Origin: the human T2T-CHM13v2.0 reference genome, Homo sapiens
Reading direction: 5' to 3' (one strand)
Assembly: GCF_009914755.1 (NCBI RefSeq)
Contig: NC_060935.1
DNA length: 64,000 nt
Numbering within the stretch: the stretch's first letter is position 1; the number at the start of each line of letters is the position of its first letter. A program made the translations under genes and the position numbers. The notes under the pieces were generated by a model. It was not told the DNA's origin, did no database searches, and saw nothing but the letters and a program-made list of their open reading frames with translations. Of this stretch, positions 11,201 to 23,340 are shown one piece after another.

Positions 11201-13584
11201 CTGTCAGTTTTGCTATAATGCTTGTTTTGAAACTATGAATTTGTTCTAATGCAATTTATACTAGGGAACGATGTGAATATAAGACAATTTCCCCCCTTGA
11301 AAAACACTAGGTGAATGCCAAAAACCCAGCTGAACAGACCTGCGTAATACACAAAATGCACACACACATACACATCAAACATTCACAGTAACTTTAGATC
11401 ACTGTACGTGTGAGGCTCCACACCCATCCACATCTGGTGTTCCAACTCTGTCCCATTTCAGATGATTCTCCTCCCACCACCTCACAATTACTCATGGTCT
11501 TCCTGACGCCCACTTCCACAAGCAAACTGCAGATCTTTATCAATGTCAAGTGCCATATTTATTACAGTACTTATATTTTTAACTATTAAATATGTTTAAG
11601 ACAGGGCTGCTATTTTTATTGGGCTCCTATTTTTTTTTAAATGTGTCACTGGTGAAGTTTGTGAGTGTTATGCCCCTAATCCCATTTGCCCCGTAAACAT
11701 GTGTTTTTTAGTGGGTAAATTTGCACAGTACAGTGATTTTTTTAGAACACGAATGTGGCTCTCGCTCTCGCTCTTGCTCTCCCTCTCCCTCTCCCTCTCC
11801 CTCTCCTTCTCCCTCCTCTGCCTCTGCCTCTGCCTCTCCCTCCCCTTTGCACGGTCCTCGTCTCACCTTTGCACGGTCTCCCTCTGATGCCGAGCGAGGC
11901 TGGACTGTACTGCCGCCATCTCGGCTCACTGCAGCCTCCCTGCCTGATTCTCCTGCCTCAGCCTGCCGAGTGCCTGGGATTGCAGGCGCGCGCCGCCACA
12001 CATGACTGGTTTTCGTATTTTTTGGTAGAGACGGGGTTTCGCCGTGTTGGCCAGGCGGGTCTCCAGCTCCTGACCGCGAGTGGTCTGCCAGCCTCGGCCT
12101 CCCGAGGTGCCGGGATTGCAGACGGAGTCTCGCTCACTCAGTGCTCAATGTTGCCCAGGCTGGAGTGCAGTGGCGTGATCTTGGATCGCTACAACCTCCA
12201 CCTCCCAGCCGCCTGCCTTGGCCTCCCAAAGTGCCGAGATTGCAGCCTCTGCCCCGCCGCCACCCCGTATAGGAAATGAGGAGCGTCTCTGCCTGGCCGC
12301 CCATCGTCTGGGATGTGAGGAGCCCCTCTGCCTGGTTGCCCAGTCTGGGATGTGAGGAGCGTCTCTACCCGGCCGCCACCCCGTCTAGGAAGTGAGGAGT
12401 GTCTCTGCCTGGCCGCCCATCGTCTGGGATGTGAGGAGCCCCTCTGCCCGGCCGCCCAGTCTGGGAAGTGAGGAGCACCTCTTCCCGGCCGTCATCCCGT
12501 CTAGGAAGTGAGTAGTGTCTCTGCCTGGCCGCCCATCATCTGGGATGTGGGGAGCACCTCTGCCCCGCTGCCCGGTCTGAGATGTGAAGAGTGCCTCTGC
12601 CCGGCCGCGACCCCGTCTGGGAACTGAGGAGTGTCTCTGCCCCACCGCCACCCCGTCTGGGAGGTGAGGAGCGTCTCTGACCAGCCGCCCCGTCTGAGAA
12701 GTGAGGAGCCCCTCCGCCCGGCAGCCGCCCAGTCTGGGAAGTGGGGAGCCCCTCCTCCCGGCAGCTGCCCCGTCTGGGAAGTGAGGAGCGTCTCCGCCCG
12801 GCAGCCGCCCCGTCCAGGAGGTAGGGGGCAGCCCCCGCCCAGCCAGCCGACCCATCCGGGAGGTGGGGGGCAGCCCCCACCCGGCCGCAGCCCCGTCTGG
12901 GAAGTGGGGAGCCCCTCTGCCCGGCCGCCACCCCTTCTGGGAGGTGGGGGGCCCCTCTGCCCGGCAGCCCCGTCTGGGAGGTGAGGAGCCCCTCTGCCCG
13001 GCCGCCACCCCGTCTGGGAGGTGTACCCAACAGCTCATTGAGAAGGGGCCATGATGACAATGGCGGTTTTGTCGAATAGAAAAGGGGGAAATGTGGGGAA
13101 AAGAAAGAGAGATCAGATTGTTATTGTGTCTGTGTAGAAAGAAGTAGACATAGGAGACTCCATTTTGTTCTGTACTAGGAAAAATTCTTCTACCTTGGGA
13201 TGCTGTTAATCTATAACCTTACCCCCAAACCCGTGCTCTCTGAAACATGTGCTGTGTCCACTAAGGGTTAAATGGATTAAGGGCGGTGCAAGATGTGCTT
13301 TGTTAAACAGATGTTTGAAGGCAGCATGCTCCTTAAGAGTCGTCACCACTCCCTAATCTCAAGTACCCAGGGACACAAACACTGCGGAAGGCCGCAGGGC
13401 CCTCTGCCTAGGAAAACCAGAGACCTTTGTTCACATGTTTATCTGCTGACCTTCCCTCCACTATTGTCCTATGACCCTGCCAAATCCCCCTCTCCGAGAA
13501 ACACCCAAGAATGATCAATAAATACTAAAAAAAAAAAAACAAAAAACAAAAAACACGAATGTGGCATTATAGCAGAACTGACTG
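11201..13584. mobile_element. Tigger13a-like (TcMar) non-autonomous DNA transposon split by the SVA (11201-11759 plus 13552-13584)
   Basis: Left TIR CTGTCAGTTTTGCTATAATGC (11201-11221). Right TIR GCATTATAGCAGAACTGACTG (13564-13584) followed by TA. Interior CACACCCATCCACATCTGGTGT and GACGCCCACTTCCACAAGCAAAC match my recollection of Tigger13a. Confidence 0.78.
11760..13551 (+). mobile_element. Full-length SVA retrotransposon (older subfamily, SVA_B/C-like)
   Basis: CCCTCT-type hexamers (11760-~11845), Alu-like domain (~11846-12250), GC-rich VNTR (~12250-13022), SINE-R (~13023-13525), AATAAA at 13517-13522, A-tail. Perfect TSD AACACGAATGTGGC at 11746-11759 and 13552-13565. Confidence 0.97.
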
Positions 13585-13879
13585 TACTTTCTTCTGTCTG
13601 CAACACCAGGCAAACAAGAAAACACACACGGTGATTAGTGAAAAAGTGAAATCAAACCAATAAAGTACTAAGAATGCTTCATGATGTCCTTCTGGTGTAT
13701 AGGACAATCTTCCTGCTATTTATTCATTTTTTCATCCATCCTTTCTTCCATTTATTTATTTATTCTATCAAATACCTACTATGTGTCAGGTCCTGAGAAA
13801 GGCCCTAGTGAACAAAATTAGAGTCTTAGAAAGTCTTAGGATTAGGAGAAAATAATATATGAACAGAAAATGATAGTTC

Positions 13880-14075
13880 ACCTTTATTATAGGCTTACTA
13901 CGTATCAGGCACTATGATCAGCACTTTACCCATTTTACTTAATCCTTTTAATAACCTGGTGGTTATTGGTAGATATTACCAATAAGTGAGGTATTAGTAT
14001 TCTTCCCATTTTTCAGATGAGGATACTGAGGCTTAGCAACACCCAGGCGGTCTGACTCTAGAGCCTTTGTTCTTG
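13880..14075 (-). mobile_element. MIR
   Basis: TTACTACGTATCAGGCACT...CCCATTTTTCAGATGAGGATACTGAGGC...CCCAGGCGGTCTGACTCTAGAGCC. Confidence 0.7.
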
Positions 14076-14889
14076 AATGATATTGTTGAGGTCTGGCCGC
14101 CCTGCTTCTGTTTGCTTATCTCTAGTGGGGAAAACACTGCTTCTCCTTTTTTGGAGAATGGGGAGCAGCCTGTTCCATCTTTGGCAGTGTATCAAAGGAG
14201 TGAAAAAATATATTTTAACAGCTGGCACCAGAGTTCACGGTAGAGGGAGAGTTGTATTTATTTAAGAAAATACATTGGGAGGCCACTTCCTTCGGGGGTG
14301 CAGAAGAATCTGAGGGAAAATCTGAAAGGACCAAGCTATACTGTTTTGCATAAGATTTTAGTAGGAAATTTTGGATTGGGACAGAGTAGAGGAGGATGAA
14401 GACAGAGAAGGGACTGTGCACCCTGGCAGAGCACTGGTGCCCGCGGGGGATGGTGGTAAGGGAGGATATCCCTGAACAGGACTGGCCACAGGCTTTCAAA
14501 TGCTGGGGAGCCCTTTGACATTGTTCCCTTGGACATTATTTGCTTTACTGTGATGTAAACATTCTCATCACTCAGACCTCCATAAAGTATATGGCACACT
14601 GTGGGGAAAACCAAAGCTCAAGGGTCATGTCTGAAACTGGGCTAGAATGGAGCACACCTGGGGAGGAAAGGCCCCCTCAAGCACATGCCCATTAAGTGAT
14701 GGCCAATCACTGCTGATCTTCCTCTGCCTGCCAAGGCAAGCAGAGCCATTGCTGGGACCGGAGGATATCAGGGCCAGCTGTGAAGTAGGGGTGTCTGGAG
14801 AGGGCTCAGGTATAAATGAGGGGCATTCAGGTCCATTTCTGTGTAGTTCCTACAGGACTAACTAATGGACTTCAGATGGCCTTTGGGTT

Positions 14890-15350
14890 ACAGTTGTTAG
14901 GAGTAGGGCTGTCAAGTCAGAGAAACCTGGGTTTGAATCCCAGTTTGGCCATTTACGGGTGACCTTGAACAATGTACTTAACCTGCCTGTACCTCTGCTT
15001 TCTTCATCTACAACATGGAGATGACCTTTCCTACTTTGAGTGGTTATTTAGAGAACCGAATGGATGTAAAATGTTTAACACAATGGCTGGCAAAATAATC
15101 AAATGATGATTGTTGTTACAACTAACTCCAATGGTGGAGTGCTAATGGCATAGGCTTTTTACTTGGTAGGATCAGGGATCGAAATCCATTTTCACTAGTT
15201 ACTAGGTCTGTCTACCTGAGCATGTGACTAAACTCTGGCTGTTAGCAAAATGGGGAAATAAGACCTACCTGGAAGGGCTGAGGTGAGGATTAAATGAGAG
15301 AACAGAACATACCTAACACTCTTCCAGGTACACAGTAGATATCCAATGAT
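14890..15350 (+). mobile_element. Two tandem MIR copies
   Basis: CCTGGGTTTGAATCCCAG...TGACCTTGAACAA (first copy). AAAATGGGG...GTGAGGATTAAATGAG (second copy). Confidence 0.7.
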
Positions 15351-16209
15351 CAGGGCCAAGTCTAATCCATAGAGTACCTTTTGTGAATTAGGTAAAGTTA
15401 CCCCTTCTTTTAAGTGACCCAGTTTGCAGGTTTCAGCCTCACTTACCACCCTGGCCTGGGTACCTTGGTGATGTGCACAACATGCACATCTATAGGACAT
15501 GGCCTACCAGTGATGGGTGGCTGCTGGTAGGACCGTGCTAATTAGCATTCTCCTGCCTCTGACTTGTCCGCTTTGTTCTGGCTTAAGACTGTTCTTGGTT
15601 TGGAAGAAAGCACCTAGGCTCCTTAATTTTCTCTCTTCTGGCCCCAGCTCCCTTTCTTCTTGTGACCTGGTTTCTCCACCCATCTCCCCCACTTCCACCC
15701 CCAGTCTTCTTACAGACAGGATGCTGGCCAACCTCTGGCTGTGCAGCTGGCCTGGAGACCACTCAGCTGGGAGGCTGGATCAGTGGCCTCCCTCGTGACT
15801 CGCAGGCTCAGCCTGGGTTCTGGAACAGCCTCTGCCGAGATAATCTGTGCTTTAATTGCCAATGGCAGTCAGAAGGAAGCTGATGATCACCGCCCATAAA
15901 GGGCGAGAGTCTTTGGTGGGGAACTCCGCTGGCTGCAGAGCCATTGCAGGCTATTTTTAGTGCTTGGCCATAGAAGTGCAAGGAGAAAATGCCAAGCTGG
16001 AAGGCAGCCTTACCACAGAGGACTGGGCTCCCAGGGGGCTGTCTGTGACTTTCAACCCCAGCCCTTTGTGCTTCCTTTCCCTTCATGGTGAGGATTCCAG
16101 GCATTGCTGATAGCAGCAGCCATCCCTCTCCTGGAAGCTAAAAAAGCCTGGGAAGGACAGCAGTCACTGGTTCCTGGGCTGGCTGCATGAGCTGGTGTTT
16201 AACCCGCTG

Positions 16210-16800
16210 GCAATTCTTAGCACCAGGGAACTCAGCTCTCGTGGTGTTCCCTTTTTATAAATGAGGACAGTGGGCCTCAGAGGTATGAAATAACTTTCTT
16301 AAGGTCATTATTCCAGTAAGTTCTCATCACAGTTGTCTTTGTCATTGCTTCCTTAGGAGCATCTGTTCAGCAGAGTGGTGGAAAAGTGCAACCAGAGTCC
16401 CTGCGTTTGCCTCCCAGCCTCTCACTAGTTGTGTGATCTTGGACAAATTACTTACCCTCTCTGAGTCCCAGTTTCCCATCTGTAAAGTAGGGGTAAGAAA
16501 AGTGCCACCACATAACTGTTGACAATTAAGTGAGAAAAAAACCTGGAAGACGCTTATAAATGTGCTTGACCTGTAGGAAGTACTCAATCAACGTCAGCTG
16601 ATGATGTTCTGCTGCTGGGCCATCTGCTGACTCTTGGCAGGCATCTTAGCTAACCCCACAACAACTCAGCGAGGCATTATCAGCCCCATTTTTCAGATGG
16701 GGAAACTGAGTCCCAGAGAGATGAATTGAATTCCTAAGGGCACATGGCTAGGAAGGGCAGGAGGTGGACCTCGAACCCAGGGCTCTGACCTTCCAGGTCC
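16210..16800. mobile_element. Cluster of three MIRs (-, +, -)
   Basis: ATGAGGACAGTGGGCCTCAGAGG; TGTGTGATCTTGGACAAATTACTTACCCTCTCTGAGTCCCAGTTTCCCATCTGTAAAG; CCCCATTTTTCAGATGGGGAAACTGAGTCCCAGAGAG. Confidence 0.75.
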
Positions 16801-17537
16801 AAGATCTTTCTCCCATGTAAGCTGGCGTTTCCTGTGTGCTGTGCCCCTTGGAAATCTGAGCAGAGGGAACAGGTGTAGGTGTCGAGAAGGTGATAAAGAC
16901 AAGGTGAGGGTGTATGTGTAACATGTTAGAAAGTTTGGTGGGCACGAAAAGAAAAACAGCTCTGACCCAGTGCTCACGTTAGCAAAGATCTAGCTCCTCT
17001 CTCCTTCCTCATGGCTTCCAGGGTGTCCTTGAGACAAATTATGTAAGAAGGAGCCTCAGAGTCATCTTGAGTGACCTCCCCTGAGGTCCTACATGAGATT
17101 ACTCTCCAGTCCTGCCATAATCAGTGGCATGGCTGTGTGAAACCCAGAGGCTGTCCCTTCAGGGTTAGGTTTGCTAGAATCAATATGGCCTCTATAGTCT
17201 GGTGTTGGGGTAGGTCTCCCTCAGCCTGGCCTGCTTTGCTCTGTCCTTGACCATTCTGTCTTCCAAATAACTCTTCTATGTACTCTTTCCTCTCCAGCCC
17301 ACTGCCATCACCCTGATTTCAACCTTCTTTCCCCAGCAGGACCATTGCCACAGCCCTCTAATTGGTCTAGGCCCCATCTCCAATCCACAGGGGCTGCCTG
17401 AGAGGGTGGCCTTCTCAAATGTGAATTTCATGGGGTCACTTCCCTTCTTACATCCTTATGAGCTTCCCAGGGCCAGAAAGATCAACCTTTTGAGCTTCTA
17501 GCTCCCCCACCCCAAATACCCCAGGGGTGAAGCCCAA

Positions 17538-17720
17538 CAGTTCTCAAAGGTGTGTCCCTAGAAAATATGCCTTTAGATTCTTAGTAGGTGGGGGCAGCAT
17601 TCCGTGGGGAAATTATTATGGGAAAAATACTGAATGAGGTTCAGCAGGTTTATTTGTTGTGGGACTTCTTAGAACTTCTATTATGCTAACTTCTGATACA
17701 AAAGTGTTCCAGTTAACCAC
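17538..17720 (-). mobile_element. hAT-Charlie MITE, MER103-like
   Basis: TTCCGTGG...TATGGGAAAAATACTG...CAGGTTTATTTG...GGACTTCTTAGAACTTCTATTATGCTAA resembles antisense MER103. Confidence 0.55.
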
Positions 17721-17809
17721 AGGCAAGGCTGCCTGGAAAACAGTACGTACCAAAGGTGCTGAATGAGAAGGAAAAAAAAGGAAACAGTATGGACTCCTAG
17801 TTTGAGCAA

Positions 17810-18260
17810 CAGCTGACACTAACATAGCACTTACTTCTGTTGTGTGCTTTGTTTCTGTTGACTCATTTAGTCCCCATAGTTCTAGGAGGCAGGCACTATC
17901 ATTATCCTCATTTTGTGGATGGGGAAACTGAAGCACAGAGAAGTTAAGCGGGTTACCTAGGTTCACCAAGCTAGTTAGCAGTGGAGCTAAGATTCCAACC
18001 CAGACATTCTGGCTCTGAAATCTGCACTCATAGCCACTACACTAGAGCCACACTTTGAGGACTCCATATGTACCTGGCATTGTGATAAGCACCCTATATG
18101 CATTATTTCCTTGATCCTCACAACAACCCCACACTTATTATCTTCATCCTTTTTGTTAGGGAAACAGAAATACAGTGCACATTGAGCTAAGAGGTGCCTA
18201 AGCTGAGGTTTGAACCCAGGTCTTTCTGTGATTTGTGAATCTCCAGCCTGTCTTGTTCTG
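17810..18260 (-). mobile_element. Two MIR copies
   Basis: GGGGAAACTGAAGCACAGAGAAGTTAAG...; GATCCTCACAACAACCCC...TTTGAACCCAGGTCT. Confidence 0.75.
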
Positions 18261-18580
18261 AACAGAATAAGGGAGTCCTTTACCAAGGGGCATCTTGCAG
18301 TGTGTAAAATATACACTAGAAAAGCTTCCTTAGCTATCTGGAAATAGTCACTGCCAAATTATATCATCCTGTTTCCCGACGCCAGGACTTTGCTTGTACT
18401 GTTCCCTTGGCCTGGAGTGCCATCTTCCTGCTCAGTCCTCCGAACACCAAGGAAGAACTAAAATAAGGTCCCATCTCTTTAGTTTTCCCAGACTTTCCCC
18501 TTTCAAGCAGCTGTTCCCTATCTGTGCTTGCATGGCACTCTATGAAAAAATTATGCACCAATGGTCTGCTACAGTATAGA

Positions 18581-19125
18581 TTCTTTCATTTATTCATTCT
18601 CTCCCTCATTCATTCGTTCATGCATTTACTTAACAAGTATTTATTGAGCATCTCCTAAGTACCAGCATTGTTTTAGGTCCTAGGGATACAGCAGTGAAGA
18701 AAACAGACACAAATGTAGACCCTCATGGAACTTACACTGTAGTGGGAGAAAAGGGATAATTAAATAAGTGAACAAATATAACATTTTTGAAGGTGAAGGG
18801 GGATAGGGAGGGATTGATTAAGAAAGGGTTGCACTTTTAAATAGAGAGTTAGATAGCCTGGTGTGGTGGTATGCTCCTGTAATCCCAGCTACTCAGGAAG
18901 CTGAGGCAAGAGAATATCTTGAACCTGGAGGCAGAGGCTGCAGTCAGCCAAGGTTGTGCTACTGCACTCCAGCCTGGGTGACAGAGCGAGACTGTCTCAA
19001 ATAAAAAAAAAAATAAATAAATAAATAAATAAATAAATAGGGGGTTAGAGAAGGCCAACCTGAGGTTGTGACCTTTGAGCAAGGACCCAAAGGAACTGGC
19101 ACGTTCCCAGGTCAGGGTGGAGCCA
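18581..19125 (-). mobile_element. L2 3' end interrupted by an Alu monomer
   Basis: TTCATTCATTC...AACAAGTATTTATTGAGCATC...GGGATACAGCAGTGAA...CCTCATGGAACTTACA. Confidence 0.75.
18854..19034 (+). mobile_element. AluS right monomer with (TAAA)n tail
   Basis: TAGCCTGGTGTGGTGG...CCTGTAATCCCAGCTACTC...GAGCGAGACTGTCTCAAA. TSD AAATAGAGAGTTAGA / AAATAGGGGGTTAGA. Confidence 0.88.
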
Positions 19126-19180
19126 CCTTGGCTGCCTTGGGGCGAGTGAGGAGAGAGTAGCTGCAGATGCTCAACAAAGG

Positions 19181-19958
<778 letters not shown>

Positions 19959-21888
19959 CAAGAAAGGTTTCTTAATTTGAGTTGCTTAACAAAAGTTTCA
20001 GACTTTCTCAATGGTATTATCCCCAAACTTTTCATTAGCATTTTTAGAAGAAATATTTTAACGATGAGCTAAAGTACATGTGACCACTGAGCATAAAGCC
20101 AGCATCTGAAAATCTGGGGATCACTGAAAGCCTGGGACAGAGAGTTAGGGACCTGCTTTAACCTTGACCTCGGCAATCCCCTTCTATCTTGGCCACTGTT
20201 TTGTCCCCTGTATAAGGGACCTAAGGATGTCTCAGGTCCCTTCCAGTTCTGGCTTCATGATATTTCAGAAGACTCAGTCTCCTTTTCTGTGAAATGGGGG
20301 TTATAATACCTGCTCCAGTCTCTCTTCTGGTTGTTGTGTCAAATAAGGCAATGAATATGCCTTTTCTCTACCAGATAAAATGTGGAGTCCAAAGTAGATA
20401 AAGGCTAGTGTTAACAGGAACTCTATTATTACGTGTTGGTAACCAAATCTGCCGTTCATGTGTGCTTGTGAGCATTTCCTCCGGTTAATCCCAACAGTCA
20501 CTCTACGACTTGAACATCACCAGTTCTGTTTTATGGCTGAGGAAACTGCCTTAGAGAGGCACATTCACTTGCGTGAGGGCAGAGAACGTGTGAGAGGAGG
20601 ACCCAGGATTCAAATTCCAGAATGTGTCAGGGCTTGTACTGGCTTCCCAGTACACACAGAGGCCCGGTTGAGGTCAAAGCTAAGCCTACAGGTAGGGACA
20701 AAACAGAACCAAAGGCAATGGGAAACCAAACAAATTCTCAGCCCTTACAGCTGCTCCTAGCCTGGAACAAGGTGAAAAAAAGTGGGATGGTGGGGTGAAC
20801 CATCTGAGTGGCCTATGGGGGTGAACCGTAGGGGCACCAGGAGGAACCAAGCTGTGGATTGAGGCTTCGGGCCAGCTCAGGAAGGGAGGTGACATGGAGA
20901 AGCCACCAGCCAGTCCCGGCTGCAGCCACAACCCATGGTGGACTGCGAGGCATGTGCTCAGCCCCCTTACAAGGGGTCTGTATGTAGCAAAGGGCCCAAG
21001 GGGTCAGCCTTGGCCACTGTTATGTTAATATTAAAGATATTAACACACATATCAAGGACTTTACAAAACAAGAGAAAAGAATGGGGAAGAAAGAACAGAA
21101 AATCATTTCATACATATTTAATAAATAAAAGACCTAAACAAAACTCTTTATTAATATTTCCATACTAGTGATAAGACAGATAGATTGGAATTAGATATGG
21201 AAAAATGTAATATTCTACAAAAGAAACTCTAGGGAGACCCAGGGAGTTATGAAGGTCACTTCTCATTAAGGGTAAACTTTTCTGTCCTTTCTGCCACTGC
21301 CTTTATCCTAAGCCTCTGCCAGAGTTGGCAATTTCCCACTCCCTTTTTGTGTTGGAGACAGACGGTGCCACCAAATGCCCCCCTTGGCTAGTCACTGCGA
21401 GGCTATTTTTAGTTTTCCAAGCAATTAATGAAATTGTCCGTTTGTGGGCAGTTTTTTTTTTATTGGCTGTTTCAGCTGCTCTGAAGTATAAGCAGTGTAT
21501 TATTAATAATTCTGTAACTCTTAAGACACCTAGAATGGGGGACATGGCTTTCCCTTGACTTGGGTTATAGGAAAAAGCAAAGATTCCTAAATTTTGGAGG
21601 TGGCAGCTACCTTGGGAGGACTGTAGGCTTTGAGGTAGACCTGAATTTCCAAGACATAGACTCCTTGGCTGTAAAATGCGCATCACAGTACCACCCTTTA
21701 GGTTGTGTTGCTGTCTGTGAAGTGCCTATAATGGAGTCTGGAACAGTCAAGGAAGAAATATTTGTTCAAGGAGTGGATGAATGCATGAGATCACATTGGT
21801 GTGGCTTCCACTAGAGCAAATGCTTATTGACTAAGTGAAACAGGGTATGTATGTGCAGCACTTAGCAGAGCAGATTATTGTTGGGGAG

Positions 21889-22346
21889 TGTTATGGGTTG
21901 AATTGTGTCCCCCCAAAAAGAAATGTGGAGTCCTCATCCCCAGTACTTCAGAATGTGACCTTATTTGGAGATAGAGTCTTTAGAGAGGTAATCAATTTAA
22001 AATGAGGCCATCAGGATGGTCCTCATTCAATATGACTAATGTCCTTATAAGAGGTGGAAATTTGGACATACAGACACATGCAGGGAGAATGCCATATGAA
22101 AATAAAGGCAGAGATTAGGGTGATACATCTACAACCCAAAGAATGCCAAAGAAGGCAAGCAAGCTGCCAGAAGCTAGGAGAGGGGCATGGAATAGATTCT
22201 TCCTCCCAACCCTCACAAGGAACTAACTCTGATTACACCTTGACCTCAGGTTTCTAGCTCATAGAACAGTAAGACAATACATTTCTGCTGTTTAAGTCAC
22301 TCAAGTTTGTGATATTTTGTTATGGCATCCCTAAAGAATGAATACA
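21889..22346 (+). mobile_element. MaLR solo LTR, MLT1C
   Basis: TGTTATGGGTTGAATTGTGTCCCC...CAGAATGTGACCTTATTTGG...CCAGAAGCTAGGAGAG...GAATACA, flanked by GGGAG on both sides. Confidence 0.88.
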
Positions 22347-22351
22347 GGGAG

Positions 22352-22846
22352 TGCTATGGTCTGAATGTTTGTGTCCCCTCCAAATTCATATGTTGAAACC
22401 CAACCCCAATGTGAGAGCATGAAGAGGTGGACCCTTTTGGGAGGTGATTAGGTCATGAAGGCAGAGCTCTCACAAATGGGATTAGTGACCTTATAAAAGA
22501 GTACTGAGGAGAATCGCTTGAACCTGGGAGGCAGAGGTTGCAGTGAGCCAAGACTGCACCATTGCCCTTCAGCCTGGGTGACAGAGTGAGACTCTGTCTC
22601 AAAAAAAAAAAAAAAAAAAAAAAAGGGTCCTGAGGGAGCATGCTGGCCCCTTTTCCATGTGAGAACAAGGCTAGAAGGCGCTATTGCTGTCTTTGAAGCA
22701 CAGAGCAGCACTCACCAGACACTGAATCTACTGGCACCTTGATCTTGAACTTATCAGTCTCCAGAACTGTGAGCAATAAATTCACACTGCTTCTAAATTA
22801 CCCAGTCTAAGGTATTTTGTTATAGCAGCCTGAATGCACTAAGATA
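22352..22846 (+). mobile_element. MaLR solo LTR, MSTD/MLT1A0-type, containing an Alu fragment
   Basis: TGCTATGGTCTGAATGTTTGTGTCCC...AAATTACCCAGTCTAAGGTATTTTGTTATAGCAGCC...CTAAGATA, flanked by GGGAG on both sides. Confidence 0.85.
22508..22620 (+). mobile_element. Severely 5'-truncated AluS
   Basis: GGAGAATCGCTTGAACCTGGGAGGCAGAGGTTGCAGTGAG...GTCTC(A)n. TSD AAAAGAGTACTGAGG / AAAAGGGTCCTGAGG. Confidence 0.9.
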
Positions 22847-23104
22847 GGGAGCATTAGTGGGATTCCATATGCTGTAAATCCCTGGCTCCGGCCTGCTGTA
22901 GAGTATACCCTCAATAAGTGCTTGTAAAAATGAATCAGTGAGATAACACAGAGCAAATACCTCACTCAGTGTCTAATATGTAGTAGGTGCTGTTAATACT
23001 TGTTAAATGAATGATGAGCAAGGCTATCCATGAAGCTTGTATTCCAAAGCTTGGCGTACAGGCAGATAGATGTTGGGTGAAGATTTCCTAACCGGATGGC
23101 CAGC

Positions 23105-23340
23105 AGAGCTAACATTTGTATAACACTTACTATGAGCCAGGCAGTACTCTGAATGATTGACGTGTATGTAATCCTCTTTTAATCCTCACAACCACTGTAT
23201 TATTTGTCCCATTTTAAAGATGGGGACACTGAGATGCAGAGGGGTCAAATAACTTTCCCAAATTCACCTGGCTAATGAGCAGAGTTGACTGTTGGATCTG
23301 GTTTGTCTAGGACGAGGTGCCTACTCCGAACCACTATTTG
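23105..23340 (-). mobile_element. MIR
   Basis: CACTTACTATGAGCCAGGCA...TTTAATCCTCACAAC...CCCATTTTAAAGATGGGGACACTGAG. Confidence 0.75.

Noticed and set aside
11900-13020. CpG-island-like composition suggesting a gene promoter
   Set aside because: Fully explained by the young SVA.
12250-13022. Regularly spaced ~37-50 bp repeats resembling a CRISPR array
   Set aside because: This is the SVA VNTR: tandem units with no unique spacers, in a eukaryotic context with no cas genes.
11699-13060. Long overlapping ORFs (174, 217, 174 and 117 aa)
   Set aside because: They lie within the SVA hexamer, Alu-like and VNTR domains. GC-rich tandem repeats lack stop codons and the peptides are repetitive.
21365-21392. 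Possible CTCF site (GCCACCAAATGCCCCCCTTGGC)
   Set aside because: Only the GGGGGCA half matches. There are too many mismatches in the rest of the core.
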